This document shows, piece by piece, positions 25,609 to 31,035 of a DNA stretch of 31,035 nt. The position numbers and the translations under genes are program-made. Each line of letters starts with the position of its first letter. Positions within the stretch are counted from its first letter, which is position 1. The stretch lies in contig JBFRWD010000026.1 in the NCBI GenBank assembly GCA_051439425.1, positions 1-31,035 of the forward strand, read 5' to 3'. The notes below the pieces were generated by a model. The model had not been told where the DNA came from. It searched no databases and saw only the letters and a program-made list of their open reading frames with translations. The DNA is from Synechococcus sp. (GTDB taxonomy: Bacteria > Cyanobacteriota > Cyanobacteriia > Thermostichales > PCC-7336).

Positions 25609-27990
25609 TTATTCCAGTCCCGTCGGAGTGCCTTTGACGGACGTGACCACCCGCCCCCAGCCGTTTTTCTTGGGGTCAAACAGGGTTTTGAGTGTGGAAT
25701 ACGTGTAGAGATCGTACTCGCCCCCCTGACCGATGGCATACCTGTTGCTGGTGCCTTGGCGTGTACCGTAGGGATCGTGAATGAGAAATCCCGATTGCGC
25801 TGGATCGTGGCCCACGACAACTACAATGTGTCCCGATCTCTTGTACAACACGCCAATCACCACCGGTACGTTAGCTTTCAGAGATTTGAGTAAGAACTCT
25901 TGTGACAGACTGGTACTCCAGTAAGAGTTCACCCCAAAATCGTTGAGTGCCTTCGTTTGAGCGTCATGGTTGGTGGTGTCCCCGTAGCGGGCCACAAAAT
26001 CGTCGTATACCGATTCCGCCTGGCTTTGCGATCGCTGTAGTGCCAGTACATCGAGTTCGCCATCGAGTAGGTAGTTCAGCAGCATGGCGTTACTGCTGGT
26101 GCAACACTGGCGCGAGCCCGGACCAAACACATCTGTGGCGTTATCCAGCTGCGAATAATACTTGACGTCTAGCTTCAGGAGCTGTTTGTTGCTGCCTGCC
26201 ACGGTGGAGGCGCTCGCTGTTGCCTGCATGGGACTGCTCTTCTGGGAGAGTGGGTTGGGGCGCTCGCTTGTCGCGTTCACCGGCGTGCAAAATAATGCGG
26301 CCTCCTCCCCCCGTCTCCGTTTCAACCCTGCGGTCACATTGGGAGCGTTGGGGTTGCAGTACAGCTCGAAAATCCGAGTTACTTCGGCCTTATTGGTCCA
26401 CAAAGTGGGGCTGTCGCACAGTCGAGTAATGGACTCCCGATTGGCGGCTCTGTAAAAGCCTGGCCCTAAATTGTATGCAAAGCTGTACAGCGCGCCCTGC
26501 TGATTGACGTTCATCTGGCTCCATGTCGGAATCTTCGCCAATATGGGTCGACATTTTTGCAGCAGGAAATCCATCAGGTACTGTTGGGCTTGTTCCCGAG
26601 TGACCGTATCCCCTTGCTTGACTTTGCGGCCATCGGGATAGGTTGTGGTTCCGTACCCAATTGTTGGCACCTGCCACCCATGAGCGGGATCGGGATAAGC
26701 ATTTGCCCTGAACCCCTCGTGTTTTTCAATCAGTTCCACAACTCGAGACGGAATGCCGTCAATAGAGCGGCTCGCACTGGAATGCTTAGGGCGATCGGTT
26801 GTTGGGAGATTGGTTATTGCACTCGCAATGGCAGTATTGCTTCCGGTCGCATTAAGGCTGCTACCTTGCTTGGCTGGAGGCACCTCTTTCTCGGCCAGGC
26901 CATCCAGCAAGTTTTTGACACTACCCTGACCGATCAGGTGAGGATTGCGCTGATGGCGATCGGTTTTAAATGCGACCCAAGCAGTCACTAAATCTGCTTG
27001 CGATTGCCCCACCGCTTGGCCATTGAGTTGACCCAAGGTTAGACGGACAGCCGCTTCTGGAACAGGGGGGAGTTCGGCGACATCCTGGGCATCAACAATT
27101 TGAGTTTTCAGCACTGTCTCCGCATCATTAAGGCTCATGGATTGCAATTCTCGCTCCACGGCCGCAAAATCATACGGCTTAATCTGTTCGATCTGAGCTT
27201 GTGTTGCCTCCAGCGTGGACTTCACTTCGTCGATCGCCGCTCGATCCGCGATCGACTGCGTTCGCTCGGTTTTCAGCTGTTGATTCTCTTCTGATAATTC
27301 CTGATTTTTGCGTTGCGCTTCTTCCAGACTGGTTTCGTTAATGCGATCGATGAATTTCTTGAAGACCGCTGCGATGATTACTTTGCCGCCGTATCCGCCG
27401 ACCACACCAGCCACTGCCATATGCCCTGCAGAGTCCTGCCAGATGTCGGGCAAAAATTGATAGGCCAATAGGGCTCCTGAAATCCCAATCAGGACATCGC
27501 CAATGATGCCGGGACTAATGTTTTCCCCTCGAATTGATGCTGTGGGCAGTTCGATATTGTTGTCCGAAACAATCGTATAAATTATTCCGCCAAACCAGCC
27601 AAAGATACAGAGCAGCAAAAATTCAGGGTCTGCTGTCATCCATTGCAGTGGTGTATGTATGCCCTCGACTTTACCGTCATTGCCAATCAGTCCGGCCAAA
27701 AAGAGAGCGAACAACACCCCCCCAGATAGCGATGAAACCAGAATCAGCCACTTTTGCGCGATCTTGCTAAACGACACCAACACCAACAACAGCAGGCTGC
27801 CTGACACGAGCGAGACCAGGAAATATGTCGGTATGTTGAGTGCCAGAGCCAAAAACAGAATAGTGACGATTGACAGAACAATAGCTGTTAGCTTGAACGC
27901 CGAGGTGACTGCGACGGCTGACTTGACTGAGTCTGTGGTGACCAACTCTGATTGTTTGACTTGGCCTGTTGGAGAACTTTTGTCGCTCAT
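25609..27990 (-). CDS. Membrane-anchored multidomain protein: about 6 TM + coiled coil + PG-binding-like segment + GH24 lysozyme + C39-like cysteine peptidase
   Basis: Hydrophobic helices aa 34-210; GH24 motifs HEGFRANAYPD...TIGYG, ALYSFAYNLG, GLKRRRGEEAALF; C39-like YYSQLDN...RQCCTSSNAM...GHIVVVVG...IHDPYG. Confidence 0.9.
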   Translation of the reverse strand: MSDKSSPTGQVKQSELVTTDSVKSAVAVTSAFKLTAIVLSIVTILFLALALNIPTYFLVSLVSGSLLLLVLVSFSKIAQKWLILVSSLSGGVLFALFLAGLIGNDGKVEGIHTPLQWMTADPEFLLLCIFGWFGGIIYTIVSDNNIELPTASIRGENISPGIIGDVLIGISGALLAYQFLPDIWQDSAGHMAVAGVVGGYGGKVIIAAVFKKFIDRINETSLEEAQRKNQELSEENQQLKTERTQSIADRAAIDEVKSTLEATQAQIEQIKPYDFAAVERELQSMSLNDAETVLKTQIVDAQDVAELPPVPEAAVRLTLGQLNGQAVGQSQADLVTAWVAFKTDRHQRNPHLIGQGSVKNLLDGLAEKEVPPAKQGSSLNATGSNTAIASAITNLPTTDRPKHSSASRSIDGIPSRVVELIEKHEGFRANAYPDPAHGWQVPTIGYGTTTYPDGRKVKQGDTVTREQAQQYLMDFLLQKCRPILAKIPTWSQMNVNQQGALYSFAYNLGPGFYRAANRESITRLCDSPTLWTNKAEVTRIFELYCNPNAPNVTAGLKRRRGEEAALFCTPVNATSERPNPLSQKSSPMQATASASTVAGSNKQLLKLDVKYYSQLDNATDVFGPGSRQCCTSSNAMLLNYLLDGELDVLALQRSQSQAESVYDDFVARYGDTTNHDAQTKALNDFGVNSYWSTSLSQEFLLKSLKANVPVVIGVLYKRSGHIVVVVGHDPAQSGFLIHDPYGTRQGTSNRYAIGQGGEYDLYTYSTLKTLFDPKKNGWGRVVTSVKGTPTGLE

Positions 27991-28348
27991 ATCCTATTCC
28001 CTGAAGTTACTTACATCAGCGAGTCGCGATCGTCACACCGCTCATAGAGTTAGGGACTGAACGCCCATCTAGCACGACGCTATCAACGTTTAGCTCCCGC
28101 ATTCGATTGGATATGCACTCAGTCGTAACTTAGGCCGGTTTGCTGCCATTTGACGCTGTGGCCGGCGAATTTAAAGGCTGACGACAGTGGATGGGTCGCT
28201 AGATGTCAACTCTTTTGTATAGGGTTGCATCAGACCAATGATTGGTGGTGATGGGCTCCTGTTAGTTAGGATGCACAATCGTGCAGTTTGAGCAGACAGC
28301 ATTGTAAATCCGGGCCATGCTTGTTACAGCGCATTGGAGCACTGCAGC

Positions 28349-29596
28349 ATGGCAGACTTCGATTTGCTATTGCGAGGATGTCAACTGACCGATCGCGATG
28401 AGCAGCAAGATATCGCGATCGTGGATGGCACGATCGCTGCAATTGAACCGGTGATTACTGCCGAAGTGCGCGAGACGATTGAGGTTGCGGGCAACCTTGT
28501 CATCCCGCCATTTGTGGAATCTCACATTCATCTTGATTCGGTTTTTACGGCTGGCGACCCCCGCTGGAACAAGAGTGGCACTCTATTTGAAGGCATTGAA
28601 ATCTGGCGGGAACGCAAGCAAGATCTCACGTTTGAGGATGTTAAACAGCGCGCTATCGCAGCCCTTAAAGTGCAAGCGTCTTTAGGTGTGTTGCACGTAC
28701 GCAGCCATGCCGATGTCAGCGAAACTAGCTTGACCGCCCTCAAAGGATTGTTAGCTGTGCGGGAGGAGGTCAAGGACTGGATCGATTTGCAGGTGGTGGC
28801 TTTTCCGCAGGATGGATTGTATGGCACCCCCCAACAACTGGATTTAATGAAAGAGGCGATCTCGTTGGGGGTGGATGCGATTGGAGGCATCCCCCATTAC
28901 GAGTTGACTCGGGAAGACGGGGTGCGTTCGATTCGACAAATCTTTGATTGGGCGGAAGCCCACAATCGTCTCATAGACGTTCACTGCGACGAAATTGACG
29001 ACGAACAGTCTCGATTTTTGGAAGTGATGGTGGCCGAAACTCTGCGGCGCGACATAGGCAGTCAAGTTACCGCCAGCCACACAACGGCCTTTCATTCCTA
29101 CAGCAACGCCTATGCCGGAAAGTTGTTGGGCTTTATCGCTCGCACCCAGCTGAATATTGTGGCTAACCCGCTGATCAACATCACCCTGCAGGGCCGCACC
29201 GATACCTACCCCAAACGACGGGGGATAACTCGCGTCAAAGAACTCTGGCAGCAAGGCAGTAATGTTTCCTTGGGCCACGACTGCATTCGCGACCCGTGGT
29301 ACAGCTTGGGTACCGGAAACATGCTCAACGTCGCTCATATGGCTCTGCATCTATGCCAAATGACGGGGCGCGAAGAAATTCATGCTTGCTTGGATATGGT
29401 GACCCACAATGGAGCCCGGACTCTAAATATTGGCGATCGCTACGGGCTGATTCCCCATCGACCCGCTAGCCTTGTGGTGTTGAACGCCCCCAGTGCTTAC
29501 GAAGCGCTACGTACTCAAGCGGATGTTTTGTACAGCATTTACAACGGGCGGGTGCTGGCGCGGACGACTCCGGCGCACACCGAACTCGTCATTTAG
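28349..29596 (+). CDS. codA: Cytosine deaminase (bacterial amidohydrolase type)
   Basis: PPFVESHIHLD, WNKSGTLFEGIE, VAFPQDG, GGIPHYE, DVHCDEIDDEQSRF, SHTTA, LQGRTDTYPKRRG, GHDCIRDPWY; ATG 28349 after GGAG. Confidence 0.95.
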   Translation: MADFDLLLRGCQLTDRDEQQDIAIVDGTIAAIEPVITAEVRETIEVAGNLVIPPFVESHIHLDSVFTAGDPRWNKSGTLFEGIEIWRERKQDLTFEDVKQRAIAALKVQASLGVLHVRSHADVSETSLTALKGLLAVREEVKDWIDLQVVAFPQDGLYGTPQQLDLMKEAISLGVDAIGGIPHYELTREDGVRSIRQIFDWAEAHNRLIDVHCDEIDDEQSRFLEVMVAETLRRDIGSQVTASHTTAFHSYSNAYAGKLLGFIARTQLNIVANPLINITLQGRTDTYPKRRGITRVKELWQQGSNVSLGHDCIRDPWYSLGTGNMLNVAHMALHLCQMTGREEIHACLDMVTHNGARTLNIGDRYGLIPHRPASLVVLNAPSAYEALRTQADVLYSIYNGRVLARTTPAHTELVI

Positions 29597-29748
29597 GTTG
29601 AGGTTAGCGATGACAGTCAATAACGAGCGACATTGTTTGCTAGTCAATACTGCTGCAATCTTGGTGATTGCCCTGCTTTGATTCACCTTTTTCTGGCTCA
29701 TTGATTTCTGTCTCACCTCCTTCTTGTCTATCTCAAGGACATCCCGAT

Positions 29749-30195
29749 ATGCGTTTTCCCATGCAGTTGGCCACCGATCCGATTTCCACTGCGACACTAT
29801 CTCTGTTTGATGTCACTCCTTCGACGTCGTACGTAGAGATACATGGTGATGAAGTCGTGATTCAAGAAGGCAATCTGTTTCGGGAAACGTTTTCATTGTC
29901 GAGTTTGGGCAAAGCCGGTCTGGATAGTTGGGAGTGGTACATGGGGCTAGGGGTACGCACTGATTTTCAAGGAACTGTGGCCCCGATTACTAGCTTTGAC
30001 AAAGTGGTGAGTTTTCCACTGGTGGAGCCGCGATCGCTATTCCTGCGCATCGTTGGTAGTTTGGGTTTGCAGGTGGAATGCAAGCGGTTGGTTCTGAGCA
30101 TGGCTCAGCCGGATGAATTTTTGATCGCATTTAATTCGGCCTTACACGAGGTGGCCGACCCAGAAGCTCCCGAACCAGCAGAATTGGATGAATAG
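29749..30195 (+). CDS. Hypothetical beta-rich protein, possibly bacterial PH-like fold
   Basis: ATG 29749 after AAGGA; SYVEIHGDEVVI...LVLSMAQPDEFLIAF pattern (beta strands then a C-terminal helix). Confidence 0.7.
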   Translation: MRFPMQLATDPISTATLSLFDVTPSTSYVEIHGDEVVIQEGNLFRETFSLSSLGKAGLDSWEWYMGLGVRTDFQGTVAPITSFDKVVSFPLVEPRSLFLRIVGSLGLQVECKRLVLSMAQPDEFLIAFNSALHEVADPEAPEPAELDE

Positions 30196-30260
30196 ATGTG
30201 TTTTAGCTATCGGGTCGATTGCCGGTAGCCCCTCGCTCGTTCGATTTCTGGTTGTCTTTC

Positions 30261-30326
30261 ATCAATCACATCGAGCATTGTTGGGCTTGGATTAAGGCGC
30301 GAGTTTATCGCTGCAAGCATCAGTTG
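30261..30326 (+). mobile_element. IS630-family transposase C-terminal remnant
   Basis: INHIEHCWAWIKARVYRCKHQL resembles the IS630 SPDLNPIExxWxxLK motif; the rest of the transposase is absent. Confidence 0.55.
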
Positions 30327-30875
30327 AGGGAGAGACCGCAGTCAAATATTTTTGCGTTTATGGAAGCACAGCGATACGGAGTTATGGCAGTCTTCCATAG
30401 AGCTAATTCTATGATTTGGAATACATATACCCCAGCATTCTGAAACCGATCGCGACGTAGCGGCGGTTGTTTCAGCCCATTCTCACTCTGTTTTGAAAGC
30501 GTTTTGCTCAAATCAGCTGTTTACCAGAAGTGTTGTTATTCACATCTCTTCGAATTGAAACAGTCATACATTTATTGATACAACATTTAATTAACGTCCG
30601 ATCAGTAAAAGTACGGACTCGCGTACTCTACTTTGAAAATTGCTCTAGAGGGATTCCCAAGGGTTACAGTCATTAGCCGATTATCTTTGGCGATGTGGCT
30701 ATTTTCGTTGGGGGTGGTCTGCGAAAGTAGACTGTTGAACTGGTTTGTCATCTGAATCAAATTGCTTGCAGGTCGGCGTCACTATCTTGCAAGTCTCTAT
30801 AACCATTTTGAGTCTTCCCAACAGAGTGAATTAGCGTTCCACACATTTATTTTATGCAGAGGAGCATTCCTGTTC

Positions 30876-31035
30876 ATGGCTAACTTCAAACTGGAAGCTG
30901 AAGACCTTGACCCAAGTGGCGTTACGGGCTATCGACGAGAAAATAATGCAATCGCCTCCGGTGGCAGCTTATTGGGATTGAGAGGCAACGGTGGCAACGA
31001 AGTCGGCTCAGCCACGTTCACCTTCACGGGTGATG
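30876..31035 (+). CDS. 5' fragment of a protein starting with a CBM6/CBM35-like beta-sandwich module
   Basis: Not in the ORF track. GAGGAG RBS then MANFKLEAEDLDPSGVTGYRRENNAIASGGSLLGLRGNGGNEVGSATFTFTGD; EAE...ASGG is the CBM6/35-like opening; open at the window end. Confidence 0.75.
   Translation, partial: MANFKLEAEDLDPSGVTGYRRENNAIASGGSLLGLRGNGGNEVGSATFTFTGD

Noticed and set aside
25609..27990. Prophage lysis cassette
   Set aside because: No capsid, tail, terminase, integrase, separate holin or spanin genes nearby; neighbours are a PRTase and codA.

Overview
Cyanobacterial chromosomal window: many HIP1 GCGATCGC octamers, beta-carboxysome ccmK3/ccmK4 and a cyanobacterial hmp motility locus. 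Left part: the 5' end of a CmpR/CcmR-type LysR regulator (minus strand, cut by the window edge), two hypothetical genes, gcvT, gloA, ccmK4-ccmK3, recJ, a Tat-exported MBL-fold protein, a phytol/dolichol kinase, tRNA-Lys(UUU), an amidohydrolase and a FAD oxidoreductase. Middle: hmpF divergent from the PatA/CheY/CheW/MCP/CheA cluster (hmpA-E type). Right, more accessory part: a frameshifted SpoIIAA-like gene, a phosphoribosyltransferase, a 793-aa fusion protein, codA, a hypothetical gene, an IS630 remnant and the start of a CBM-like protein. The fusion protein (about 6 TM helices, coiled coil, PG-binding-like segment, GH24 lysozyme, C39-like peptidase) has no phage neighbours and is the best candidate for an undescribed system. 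Two intergenic segments (752-866 and the hmpA leader 14464-14583) fold by eye into multi-stem RNAs. All family calls are from motif recognition only; no searches were run.
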